The notes: generated by a model not told the origin, from the sequence alone. 35,982 nt of DNA from Promethearchaeota archaeon (GCA_048938855.1 JBHLLT010000007.1:98163-134144), one strand, 5' to 3'; counted from the stretch's first letter, positions 8,037 through 17,901 are shown. Translations and numbers: made by a program.

Positions 8037-8753
8037 TTAAAATATCGGACATTTATCACGTTCACATTTCTTATTGATATGTGGAAATATACATTTCTTA
8101 CACTTATACTCCAAATTAATATTAAATTTCTCTTTTAAAAAGTTTAGAGTCTCTATGACTGATAACCTTACAGACCTTTTACAGCAATGTTCTAAATCAT
8201 CAGCAATTTTATCTAAGGATCTTGATGTTATTTGATTTGCTAATGTTCTTGGTTTATCTGTGGATGGCGTAGCTCCTGTAAATATGCTTATTGCCACTCC
8301 GGAGCCCATTCCTGCTCCACAAGAACCATAAAATCCACACCATCCCCCTGGGATCTTAGAAGCCCTTCTTATTGCTTCTTTTATATCAAAAAATGTTATC
8401 TTCTCCCCATTAGGTTTCATAATATTGTTATTTTTTAATGATGTTAAAATAACAGCGGGAGTTAATACATGATGCTCAGGTCCATATACTTTGAATTTAG
8501 GATGTCTCATTATTAAATCTGCTAATTCAAATGGATCCTTAATTTTTGTTTCTTCACAAATTCTTTCTATAATCTCAATTGGACCTTTAGAATGGCATTC
8601 ATCACAAATATAATGCCCATCTTCACAAAAAATATTAGAATGAAACTTTTTACCACAAAATTCACATAATAAATCCTTATAATCTTCCTGTTTAATGGCA
8701 TAAATTAACTGTTTACCACAAATCTCGCATTTATCACTTTTATTTTCATTCAT
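8037..8753 (-). CDS. Cys-rich protein with N-terminal zinc-finger-like region and DUF5714-like domain
   Basis: CEICG, CEFCG, CEDGHYICDECH, then GPEHH, PGGWCGFYGSCGAG and CCKR. ATG 8753 preferred over GTG 8768. Confidence 0.8.
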   Translation of the reverse strand: MNENKSDKCEICGKQLIYAIKQEDYKDLLCEFCGKKFHSNIFCEDGHYICDECHSKGPIEIIERICEETKIKDPFELADLIMRHPKFKVYGPEHHVLTPAVILTSLKNNNIMKPNGEKITFFDIKEAIRRASKIPGGWCGFYGSCGAGMGSGVAISIFTGATPSTDKPRTLANQITSRSLDKIADDLEHCCKRSVRLSVIETLNFLKEKFNINLEYKCKKCIFPHINKKCERDKCPIF

Positions 8754-8774
8754 TATAATCACAATCACAAATTA

Positions 8775-9635
8775 CTAAATTTCCTTGAAAGTCTTTTTTC
8801 TTTTATTGTAATGAGCCAAAGAATTATACCCTATTTCTTTTACTTGTTTTATCATGCTATTAAATTTATATGCTAAATCATTTGGGGAATGAGCATCTGA
8901 TCCTAGGAGAATTGGGATATCTAATTCATACATTTTTTCAACAATTTCAAAACTAGGATATTGCTCCTTTACTTCTTTCCTTAACCCTCCTGTATTAATC
9001 TCCATTGTTAAATTTTTTTTTTTAACAAGCTCTAGTGTATTTAACGCTTCATTCATAACTAAATCCGTATCGATTGCTCTTTTATTATATTTTTTAGGTA
9101 AATCAAAATGCCCTAAGATATCAAAATCAAAATCTTCTGAAGAAATCATACTCTGTAAATTCTGGTAATATTCTAAGTAAATATCATCGATACTCTCATA
9201 TTCCTTATACATGTTTATGAATCTCTCATCATCAAACGCAAACAATCTTGATTTTCCATGCAGCATATGAACTGATCCTAAAATATAGTCTAATTCCTTA
9301 GCCCTACTTTTAAAATACTTATTTAATACCTCCTCTTGACTTCTGAAATAATCGATTTCAAAAGCTATTCTTATTTGAATTTTATTACTATATTTTCTTT
9401 TTAGTTTTTCGACAATGGAAAAGTACGATTCAATCTCACTTAATTTCATAGAATATTCTTGATATGGTACCTGCTCTATCGAAATATTACCACTCTTAAG
9501 ATATTCATATGGGAAATGATCACTTATTCCAATAAGATCCAATTTCATTTCGATAGCTTTTTTAACATAATCTTCAATATTACCAACCGCATGGCGACAT
9601 AATTGATTATGTGTATGCCAATCCTCTAGAACCAT
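8775..9635 (-). CDS. hisK: PHP-family histidinol-phosphatase (HisJ/HisK type)
   Basis: DWHTH, CRHA, GISDHFP, LDYILGSVH, ILGHFDL, EINTGG and LGSDAH motifs. Confidence 0.88.
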   Translation of the reverse strand: MVLEDWHTHNQLCRHAVGNIEDYVKKAIEMKLDLIGISDHFPYEYLKSGNISIEQVPYQEYSMKLSEIESYFSIVEKLKRKYSNKIQIRIAFEIDYFRSQEEVLNKYFKSRAKELDYILGSVHMLHGKSRLFAFDDERFINMYKEYESIDDIYLEYYQNLQSMISSEDFDFDILGHFDLPKKYNKRAIDTDLVMNEALNTLELVKKKNLTMEINTGGLRKEVKEQYPSFEIVEKMYELDIPILLGSDAHSPNDLAYKFNSMIKQVKEIGYNSLAHYNKRKKTFKEI

Positions 9636-9797
9636 CTTATAATCTATAAATAGTAGAAGTTTGATAAAATTAATGATAATGTTCTAAAAGGAGAGTAATA
9701 TTTAACTTTAATAAGAAGATTTTTTGCTGGTGAAAATTTAAATTAAGGAATATTTAATTTTAGTAATTTCTATATTTTTTTTCTGAGGGTATTAATT

Positions 9798-10286
9798 TTG
9801 GCAAAATATCATGTAAAAAGGAAGGAAAAGGAAATAACAAATAAAGAAGAAATGATTGAGCTGTTGAAAAAAGGCAAGTTTGCCATTATATCAATGAGCA
9901 AAAAAAATGAACCTTATATCGTCTCATTAAGTTATGGATATGATGAATCTAAAAATGCTTTATATTTTCACTGCGCAAAAGAAGGACAAAAAATAGACTT
10001 TATAAATGCTAACCCCTATGTTTGTGGAACTGTCATAGAGGATAATGGATATGAGGAGAGATGTGGTCAGAAATACCGTTCCGTAGTGTTTCGGGGAAAA
10101 ATGAATATTATCGAAACACTTGAAGAAAAAAAAATTGGTTTTACAGTATTATTGAATCAGTTAGAAAATGATCCTATTGCTACTAAAAATAAATTCCTTA
10201 AAAAAGATGAGACATATGAAAACTCAGGAATGCTCAGATTAGATATAACCGAAATTACGGGTAAGGAAGAAAAAGCAGAATCCTGA
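9798..10286 (+). CDS. Pyridoxamine 5'-phosphate oxidase-like / NimA-family flavin-binding protein
   Basis: EPYIVSLSYGY, LYFHCAKEGQKIDFINANPYVC, YRSVVFRG and ITGK motifs. Confidence 0.85.
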   Translation: MAKYHVKRKEKEITNKEEMIELLKKGKFAIISMSKKNEPYIVSLSYGYDESKNALYFHCAKEGQKIDFINANPYVCGTVIEDNGYEERCGQKYRSVVFRGKMNIIETLEEKKIGFTVLLNQLENDPIATKNKFLKKDETYENSGMLRLDITEITGKEEKAES

Positions 10287-10298
10287 ATTTTTCATAAT

Positions 10299-10949
10299 TC
10301 AATCGATATACTGTTTTATATATTGCTTAACTTCATCTGCGGGTTGAAATATCCCAAAATGCCCCTCACATAAAATATCTGCATTCAAATTTAACAATTT
10401 ATGTAAGGATTTTTGATATTCCTTAAAATTACTAACTCCAGGAATAATAGGACCATGCACATCTTGACCAAATAATATTTTTAGATTATCTTCTGTCTCG
10501 ATGAGAATTGAGATAGACCCAGGAGTATGGCCTGGAGTATGAATGCATTGAAAATCATATATTCCAAATTTTAGGATCTCAAGATCACCTTTCAATTTTT
10601 TTGCAAGTTTTACTGGTTTATAATTTACTCCATACCATTTAGCTGCAGTTTCCTTGTCATGTCCTTCTTCTTCTATTGCGTTTGCATCTAATTCATGAGC
10701 GTAAAAGTTAACTTTTTTATTAAGTTGTTTAAGGTCATAACAAGCAGCAATATGATCAATGTGAAAATGAGTAATAATACAATGTTTAATATCCAATGGA
10801 TTCAAATCGATTCGACTAATCTTTTTTATGAGATTAAGACTCATTCCACAATCTATCAAAACAAGACCATCTTCACTATGGGTTTGTATCAAATAAACTG
10901 AGCAACCAGAATCTCCTAAATAATAAAAATCTCTAATAATTTTTCTCAA
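10299..10949 (-). CDS. Metallo-beta-lactamase-fold hydrolase (glyoxalase II-like)
   Basis: LIDCG, THFHIDH, HTPGHTPGS, FGQDVHG and LCEGHFG motifs. Confidence 0.88.
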   Translation of the reverse strand: MRKIIRDFYYLGDSGCSVYLIQTHSEDGLVLIDCGMSLNLIKKISRIDLNPLDIKHCIITHFHIDHIAACYDLKQLNKKVNFYAHELDANAIEEEGHDKETAAKWYGVNYKPVKLAKKLKGDLEILKFGIYDFQCIHTPGHTPGSISILIETEDNLKILFGQDVHGPIIPGVSNFKEYQKSLHKLLNLNADILCEGHFGIFQPADEVKQYIKQYID

Positions 10950-10997
10950 ATTTATTCTCCTTTATGATAATAGTTAATTAAAATGAATTTTACAATA

Positions 10998-11822
10998 TTA
11001 TTCAGTTTTTTTGATATAATATTTCCGATAGAGTAGAATAGTAATAACACTAGCCACCATGGCTGAAAATAAAACATCTGAAGCAAAATGACTACCAGTT
11101 ATTACTCTTGATAAACCAACAAATATCGCCCAGCTCAATACTAAAAATGTAATCAAGATTCGAATAGGATCTTTCAATTTACGGTCTTTAACAAGTATTA
11201 TTAAGGGTAAAAACATAAAGGATAAACTTGTATGTCCGGAGGGGAATGAATTTCCTCCTGAAAGTGGTCCTGGGGGTAAAAACCATGGTGTATAACCTGT
11301 ATAAGTAGGTGCTACCAAAGCACTAAATCTTATCCGTCCAACTAAAATCTTTGTAATTTGCACAAATAATAACGGATTTAAAATAGCTAAAATAACTATA
11401 ATTGCTGAAATTTTTCTATAATTCTTCCAATTTTTATTAAATGTTATAATAAGAAATATAAATACGAAAATAGAAACGGCAGCACCATCAATAACTAAAA
11501 CTTGTTCATTAAAGACAAATCCTAAAACAATTAAAATCGCTCCAATAGCTATTATAACATATGCGGAAATCTTTTGTTTCTTTAAATTGTCATTATAGCT
11601 TCCAATTAAAGCAGATAACGCAATAGCAATTAATCCATAACCAGGAGCTTCTCCATATTCTCTACCAAAAATACCCCACGCTGAATTCTCATCAACAACT
11701 AATATCGATATCTGTAAGTCAGTAAAACCAAAAATTATGGCAAGAATAACCCATAATATTATCACACCTAACAATAATTTCATAGTAAAGGATTTCTTTA
11801 AATTTTCTAACATGATTATCAT
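10998..11822 (-). CDS. PAP2-family membrane phosphatase
   Basis: C1-like KILVGRIRF, C2 SFPSGH and C3 SRVITGSHFASDV motifs, with multiple TM helices. Confidence 0.88.
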   Translation of the reverse strand: MIIMLENLKKSFTMKLLLGVIILWVILAIIFGFTDLQISILVVDENSAWGIFGREYGEAPGYGLIAIALSALIGSYNDNLKKQKISAYVIIAIGAILIVLGFVFNEQVLVIDGAAVSIFVFIFLIITFNKNWKNYRKISAIIVILAILNPLLFVQITKILVGRIRFSALVAPTYTGYTPWFLPPGPLSGGNSFPSGHTSLSFMFLPLIILVKDRKLKDPIRILITFLVLSWAIFVGLSRVITGSHFASDVLFSAMVASVITILLYRKYYIKKTE

Positions 11823-12004
11823 TTTTCTTTAATATCCTAATTATATAGCAGAATTTTCTTGTATTATTCCTAAATATTTATTTTTTTATTTAAAATGTTC
11901 CATTATTAGACTAAGAGAGATATTTAGATAATACATAAATATTGAAAAATATAGTTTTTATAGAAATCTAAATTACTTATGTTACTTAATTTTTAATCTA
12001 TAAT

Positions 12005-12874
12005 TTGATTAGAATGGAAACAAATGATTCAGAAAAGCAAGGTAAAGAAAAACAATCGTTTTCAACAAAATTGAAAAAGTATTTTAAAAATCTCTTTGAT
12101 TTCTCTCAACTTGATACAAAAACAAAAATTTATATTGGCATTTTTATTGCCTTAATCGTAGGTTCAATAGCTTTGGTTATTTATGTATATCTCTTTAATC
12201 CAACTCTATTATACCGTATCGTCGTCGAGTGGTTTGTCAATCCAATTTTTGCTTTAGGAATTGCCGGTATATTCCTTTTTATAGGAATAATGGCAATTCA
12301 AGGTCTTATTATTCCTCTTCCATCTGAGCTTGTTTTATTGTCAACAGGAATAATATGGGGACTTGTATTAGGCGGCTTTATGGGAGTTATAGGGTCAATG
12401 AGCGCCGCGTTACTATGCTTTTTCATCAGCAAACGAGGTGGAAGGCCTTTAGCTGAAAAATTTGTAGGAGAAAAAGCAATTAATCTAGCTGATGACTTCA
12501 TTCATAAATATGGAATAGTTGCGATATTAATTGCTCGATTTTTACCATTTATAGCTTTTGATCCAATAAGCTATGCATCGGGTTTAGTCGATATGGATAT
12601 AAAGAAATATACATTAGGAACTTTAGTAGGATCATTTCCACGAGCGTTCTTTTATTCTTGGCTAGGGGCTTCCCTAGGAATTCCTCCTCCTCCAATTGAT
12701 TTAGCTAGCTTGCCAATAGATGTAATAAATGCTCAATCTGCATTCTTCAATAATATCTTATTGATAATTTTTGCAGTATTAGCAGTTATGTTTTTAACAT
12801 ATTATATTTTTGCGAGATATTATGAAAAGAAAAGAACTGGTACTAATCCCAATCAACCACCCCCTAATTCTTAA
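12005..12874 (+). CDS. DedA/VTT (TVP38/TMEM64, SNARE-associated) membrane protein
   Basis: IQGLIIPLPSELV, ILIARFLPFIAFDPISYASGL and YTLGTLVG motifs. Confidence 0.88.
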   Translation: MIRMETNDSEKQGKEKQSFSTKLKKYFKNLFDFSQLDTKTKIYIGIFIALIVGSIALVIYVYLFNPTLLYRIVVEWFVNPIFALGIAGIFLFIGIMAIQGLIIPLPSELVLLSTGIIWGLVLGGFMGVIGSMSAALLCFFISKRGGRPLAEKFVGEKAINLADDFIHKYGIVAILIARFLPFIAFDPISYASGLVDMDIKKYTLGTLVGSFPRAFFYSWLGASLGIPPPPIDLASLPIDVINAQSAFFNNILLIIFAVLAVMFLTYYIFARYYEKKRTGTNPNQPPPNS

Positions 12875-13046
12875 CTCAAATGTTAGAAAAGTAATAAGGA
12901 TTTTGAAAGATAAAATTCAATTTCTAGATTATTGTTTTTAACCTTAAGAACCGATAAATATTCTATTTCACTTATGTATTATAAATCTTGTAATTCATAT
13001 ATGATTAATATTCTCAAGATTTTAAGAAATTTCAAATGGTAAAAAA

Positions 13047-13502
13047 ATGAAATTCAATGTTAAACGGTTTACTTATGAATGGTCTGCTCCATTTGATTTT
13101 GAGTTAAATGGATCTGGTACCGTTGATGATCCGTATTTAATTGAAATTGTAGAAACGCATCATTATGACATAAAAGAACATAACATTACCTTGTCAAATT
13201 CTCTTGATTATATAAAATTCAATAGAATTAACATACGAGTTCTTCATTTGATAAATTCTGCAAATATTTCAATATCAAATGCGAAATTAAGAAATTTAAT
13301 ATTAGAGAATTGCTCTAAAATATCTATTAATAATTCTATTATGACAAAAAGGTTACGACTTTCGGATGCTACACAAATTAATATCTCAAACTGCCAAATA
13401 GAAAATCTATCTGCTCTCTCAGGCGATCAAATCCTAATTCTTGACTCAAATGTTAAAAATATTTCAAAGAACTCAAAAGCCAATATTCAATTCCAAGAAT
13501 AA
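13047..13502 (+). CDS. Short beta-helix/LRR-like solenoid protein
   Basis: GSGTVDDPYLIE cap motif followed by ~21-aa repeats (LHLINSANISISN, LILENCSKISINN, LRLSDATQINISN). No signal peptide. Confidence 0.65.
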   Translation: MKFNVKRFTYEWSAPFDFELNGSGTVDDPYLIEIVETHHYDIKEHNITLSNSLDYIKFNRINIRVLHLINSANISISNAKLRNLILENCSKISINNSIMTKRLRLSDATQINISNCQIENLSALSGDQILILDSNVKNISKNSKANIQFQE

Positions 13503-13585
13503 GAGGCTTTATAAAATTCTTTTTTGTTGCACATATTATTGTGATACTATTCTTTTTTTTTACTGATTCAATAATTAATTCTTTT

Positions 13586-13753
13586 ATGAAAGAAAAAGAA
13601 AAACTCTTAAGGGATTCAAAGGAATTTTATGAATTAGACTTACCAAAATTCTATGATACTCTTAATAAAGCAATAAGATCCAACAATATACAGTCAGTTT
13701 ATGAACTTTCGAAAATCTTTAATAGGTATTGCTTTAAAGATTTAGAAAATTAA
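13586..13753 (+). CDS. Small hypothetical protein (55 aa)
   Basis: MKEKEKLLRDSKEFYELDLPKFYDTLNKAIRSNNIQSVYELSKIFNRYCFKDLEN is amphipathic and helical. ATG 13586 is more plausible than GTG 13541. Confidence 0.45.
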   Translation: MKEKEKLLRDSKEFYELDLPKFYDTLNKAIRSNNIQSVYELSKIFNRYCFKDLEN

Positions 13754-14006
13754 AAATTCTTCAATCCATTGCATAATAGTTCTAGATTATTTTCTATTAA
13801 GAGCCTTGGATTAAAATCAATATTAAGATTTGTCACTTTTCCTATTTTATTATTTCAAATTGATTTTTTTGCACACAAATCTATTTTGTACGTCCTATTG
13901 TTATAAAAATTTTTCGCTTCAACTAATTTTAAATAATCGCTTTTTTATGATCAATTTGAGAATATTAAATTTGAGGTATTCGGTATAAAAATATAGGAGG
14001 ATTATC

Positions 14007-14255
14007 ATGACTGTTAGTGGAGAATATGAAAAAGTTATGGAAGAAAGTCTAAAAGACGATTTAGTATGGCTTGAGAAGGAATTTGAATTATTATTTCGCC
14101 ATAAAAAGGTAAAAACTAAAGCTGATATAGCAACAGGAAACCAGATTATTGACCAATTTGTAGCCAATATTAATAATAATAACAGTGAGGAGGTCCTCAA
14201 TTTATTAGCTATAACCTTAAATAAGATAGAACAAAATTATCCCGAATTTTTTTAA
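14007..14255 (+). CDS. Small helical hypothetical protein (82 aa)
   Basis: GGGAGG Shine-Dalgarno-like motif before ATG; acidic amphipathic helices. Confidence 0.7.
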   Translation: MTVSGEYEKVMEESLKDDLVWLEKEFELLFRHKKVKTKADIATGNQIIDQFVANINNNNSEEVLNLLAITLNKIEQNYPEFF

Positions 14256-14474
14256 AAAAAATAACTTGCTTTTAATAAATTCATTTTTGAATTTTAAATT
14301 TCTCCAACGTTAAGATTTCCTTATTCATTTTAACTTTATTTTAATAAACTTTAGAATTCTTAACAATTTAGCACAATTTATTATAAATCTCCAAAAAGAT
14401 AAATTAAATAAGCTAGAAAACCATTAATAAAAAAGAAAAACAAAATTTAAGACAATTAATTTCCGTTAATAATT

Positions 14475-15560
14475 ATGGAAAGAATAATTCTAATTCATTG
14501 GTCAACATCGACCGGTCCAGAGCCAATCATACAATATCCTCCTCAAAAAGATTTCCCTGCAAAGGACTTATTTTTAAAAATATGGGCAAAACATGAGTTA
14601 GACAAGAAAAATACTGTAATTGAATTTATTCCTGAAGATGAAGATAACAAGTATGTTTCCATTATCCATAAATTTGAAGGAGAAAATTATTTTCTTATTT
14701 TAGTCTATAAACAAAAAGAAAATCTTGAAGATATTATAAGGGAATCCCCTGAAATTTTAGGACTCATAAGTAAAAATTTAATAGAATTAATTAATACAAA
14801 TAAAATCACTCGTACAATCTCTGAAGCTTTTAATACCATTAGAAATTATTCTAAATTAGATGAAGAAGAAAATTTAATTAACTTCTTTCAAGATCGGATA
14901 AAATCCACGATTTTAGAAATCCTTAGGAATGGTGTTATATCCAAATCTGAATTGATAAATATTCTAAGGCATGAATATGGTTTCTCAACAGTAAATATTG
15001 ATTTATTATTAATTTCATTTCTTCATGAAAACCTTATTAAAAAAAAAAATGTTCCTGGAAGTAAAGAATGCTACTTCTTAGTAAAGGATCTCTCTTGTAC
15101 TCGCATTCCTCCAAAAACTCTACCTTCTGAACAATTAGAATTAAAAGATCTTAATAAATTTAAAGAATCATTAAAAGAATATTATTTTGATTACTATAAT
15201 CTGTCCGATTTCGAAAACAAAACTACAATTCAAACCGTTCTATTTAATAAAGATGTATTTTCTCTTATAAAGACTCTAAGAGAGAAAAAGTTAACAGTAA
15301 ACGAATGCCTCAGCATTTTAAATAACAAAGAAGAACTCTTTGACGAGCTTTTAGACAAAAAATTCATATATGAAACTAAAGGTTTTGTTTTTCTTTTTTC
15401 AGATGTCCGATTCATTAAATTTAGTCCCTTCTACCTCATGGAGAAGCTGAGCGATAGATATCAAAACAAAGAAATATCTTTAAATGAATATATAACACAT
15501 CTAAAACTTTTAACGAAACAGATGAATGAACAATTGTCTATTGATTACGAGATTGTATAA
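14475..15560 (+). CDS. Longin/uDENN-like N-terminal domain protein with C-terminal winged-helix-like modules
   Basis: N-terminal IILIHWSTSTGPEPIIQYP resembles the first beta-hairpin of NPRL2/uDENN longin domains. ILEILRNGVISKSELINILR..VNIDLLLISFLHENLIKK is wHTH-like. Confidence 0.55.
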   Translation: MERIILIHWSTSTGPEPIIQYPPQKDFPAKDLFLKIWAKHELDKKNTVIEFIPEDEDNKYVSIIHKFEGENYFLILVYKQKENLEDIIRESPEILGLISKNLIELINTNKITRTISEAFNTIRNYSKLDEEENLINFFQDRIKSTILEILRNGVISKSELINILRHEYGFSTVNIDLLLISFLHENLIKKKNVPGSKECYFLVKDLSCTRIPPKTLPSEQLELKDLNKFKESLKEYYFDYYNLSDFENKTTIQTVLFNKDVFSLIKTLREKKLTVNECLSILNNKEELFDELLDKKFIYETKGFVFLFSDVRFIKFSPFYLMEKLSDRYQNKEISLNEYITHLKLLTKQMNEQLSIDYEIV

Positions 15561-15643
15561 TTTTGTTCCTAAACCTGTGAATCTAGTTCTACACAATTCA
15601 AATTTCTAAATAAATAAAAAAAAATTTATGATAAAATTCTTTA

Positions 15644-16348
15644 TTATCGAAGTCCGAAATAAAAAAACCAAGCTGAAAGGACCATAGCTGATCGTATGAA
15701 AATTAAAATTAAACCAGGAGAAAACAATCCATCTAACACAGCACCGATTATATAAATAAATGCTCCAACCGAAATAAGGAGAAATTTTGTCCTCAAAGTC
15801 CCTGAAGATTTAATTCCCTTATTTAGGAAACCAATTCCAAGAAATATTAGAAGAGAAACTAAAAATATTAAAGCGGCGATACCTGCAATTGATTCAAAAA
15901 CTAGATTGTCATTTATTAAGTCGTTTCCAGGGATTGCAGGGTTAACAAAAGTGACTGATCCAGATAAATCTAAAAACAAAAACAATTCGAATATAATCCC
16001 TATAATTATATAAACTGATAAAATGTACCATTTTTTATTTGGAGTTAAGAGAATAGCACCGATGTACATAGCAGGAACAACAGCTCCAGGAAACCACATC
16101 CAATTTATAAGTCCGATGATACCAAATGAATTATCTATATTAGTGCCCGTTATTAGAATTGTAAAAAAGTCTAGGACATCTCCAGTATAAACTAGAGCAG
16201 CAAAAACGTAAACCAATCCTAGATATGTCAAGAGTCTTGATTTTTTTTTAAATGATTTAATAACAAAGAATAAACCAAATACCAAAGAAAAAACGAACAC
16301 TCCTAACGATGTTATTCCGCTCAACCATCCAACATAAGAAAGAGCTAT
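15644..16348 (-). CDS. Stand-alone seven-transmembrane protein (HisKA-7TM-like), probable ATA start
   Basis: Seven hydrophobic segments. Frame extends upstream of TTG 16324 as ATA GCT CTT TCT TAT GTT GGA TGG ((M)ALSYVGW), 7 nt after AGGTG. Confidence 0.7.
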   Translation of the reverse strand: MALSYVGWLSGITSLGVFVFSLVFGLFFVIKSFKKKSRLLTYLGLVYVFAALVYTGDVLDFFTILITGTNIDNSFGIIGLINWMWFPGAVVPAMYIGAILLTPNKKWYILSVYIIIGIIFELFLFLDLSGSVTFVNPAIPGNDLINDNLVFESIAGIAALIFLVSLLIFLGIGFLNKGIKSSGTLRTKFLLISVGAFIYIIGAVLDGLFSPGLILIFIRSAMVLSAWFFYFGLR

Positions 16349-16470
16349 AATTAAACACCTTATGATAATTATTATTTTTTTTTAAAATCTAATTTTAACA
16401 ATTAGTTATAATTTCATTTATGAATTAATAAATATTATTTTTATATTGGATTCATTCAAAATATTTAAAG

Positions 16471-17163
16471 TTAACGTGTTAAGATCGATGTATCTGTAAA
16501 TCTTTTATCGCTAGGAGCGCTTCCATCTCCATAAATATGGTATAATCCTGTTCTTCTTGCTATCTCATGAAAACTTCGATAGATATCTTTCTCCTTCTCA
16601 TATATTGCACAAGTTTTATAAATCAAAGGACTCCAGATGTAAAGTTCATGATCAGGTTCATACCACAACTTTTCTCTTTTTAATATGTGAATAAAATCAT
16701 CCTCATCAATCACTTCTTTAAGATCTTGCTTATTAAGCATGACTATAAAAGGGATTTCTTTAATAAGTCTATTATTAGTAATATTTTTTAATTCTGTCAG
16801 AAATTCTATGTTATCTTCAAAGTATTTTATTTGGGAGTCAACAACGAATATTACAGCATCTGTTTCAGCGTCAAGTTGATCTATGACTTTACGTCTTAAA
16901 GCAGTAAATGAACGTTGACCTGCTACTGTATAAACCCTATAGTATATTTTCTTCTTTTTTGCTGATTGAAAAATCCCCCTGTCAAAATAAAGCGTTGCTC
17001 CACTTGTTCTATCAATTTTTTGTATATCACTAACAGGAATAATTTCTTGTTTTCCATCTTTTGTTAGTTTGTAAAGGGTTTCCAGTATAGTAGTTTTCCC
17101 ACAACCTGCCATTCCATAATATACTATTTTTAGATATATGTTGCCATCTTTGTACTGAACCAT
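16471..17163 (-). CDS. MglA-like (Arf-related) small GTPase
   Basis: KIVYYGMAGCGKTT (G1), ATLYFD (G2), YTVAGQ (MglA-type G3), VIFVVDSQ, LNKQDL (G4) and TCA (G5). AAGGAG SD upstream. Confidence 0.88.
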   Translation of the reverse strand: MVQYKDGNIYLKIVYYGMAGCGKTTILETLYKLTKDGKQEIIPVSDIQKIDRTSGATLYFDRGIFQSAKKKKIYYRVYTVAGQRSFTALRRKVIDQLDAETDAVIFVVDSQIKYFEDNIEFLTELKNITNNRLIKEIPFIVMLNKQDLKEVIDEDDFIHILKREKLWYEPDHELYIWSPLIYKTCAIYEKEKDIYRSFHEIARRTGLYHIYGDGSAPSDKRFTDTSILTR

Positions 17164-17373
17164 AGAAATTTCTCCTTGCTTTTTACAGACTTTGCCTTTA
17201 ATTATAGCACTTAGATAAATTCAACTTAGAATATATATTATAGAAATTTTGCTAATTAAATACTTTGTATTTTTTTAGTTATAATGATAAATACAATATT
17301 TTTATTACGATGTAGAATAAATTTCAACTAGATTTGGAGTTATATTAATAACTTATTAAAAAGAAACGAAATA

Positions 17374-17901
17374 ATGGATTCTTATAGTGACTCAGACTGG
17401 AATTGGGACTTTTATGAAAAACTTGTAGAAGATGTCGAAGAAAATCGTAATATAATTCAATGTATTTCTTGTGGGAAGTGTGTTGGTGATTGTCCTGCAA
17501 CAAAAGTATCTAATTTCAATATTAGAAAAATAATAAGAAAGGTTCTAAGAGGAGATAAAAGTGTCCTAAAAGATTCAGATATATGGTACTGTTACCTCTG
17601 TGAACGTTGTAAAAGAGTATGCCCAAAAGACAATATCAATATCCCTTTACTTATTATTAATTTGAGAAATGAAAGCTTCAAAAAAGGATATGGTCCAAGA
17701 TACAATGATTTGCGAAAATATGTAGAAATGTCAGAAAAATTCTTAACTAATGGTACTGTGTTGGATGAACCTTTAGATGGTGGATTACCTCCAGAACGTA
17801 TTGAAGAATTAAATGAAATATGTAATTTTGCTCGAATAAAATATGTATTCAAGGCAAGCAAAAATATAATTAAAGATAAAAAGCAAAAGAAAGTAAAATA
17901 A
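17374..17901 (+). CDS. hdrC: Heterodisulfide reductase subunit C-like 2x[4Fe-4S] protein
   Basis: CISCGKCVGDCP and IWYCYLCERCKRVCP; lies 6 nt upstream of hdrB. Confidence 0.85.
   Translation: MDSYSDSDWNWDFYEKLVEDVEENRNIIQCISCGKCVGDCPATKVSNFNIRKIIRKVLRGDKSVLKDSDIWYCYLCERCKRVCPKDNINIPLLIINLRNESFKKGYGPRYNDLRKYVEMSEKFLTNGTVLDEPLDGGLPPERIEELNEICNFARIKYVFKASKNIIKDKKQKKVK

Noticed and set aside
13750-13900. Minus-strand frame interrupted by a single TGA (..KKSI*NNKIGK..), considered as possible selenocysteine readthrough
   Set aside because: No convincing start, no redox-motif context and no SECIS nearby.
15039-15049. A11 tract in the longin-like gene (and similar poly-A/T runs elsewhere) as phase-variation or frameshift sites
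   Set aside because: The frames are intact and such runs are expected at this AT content.
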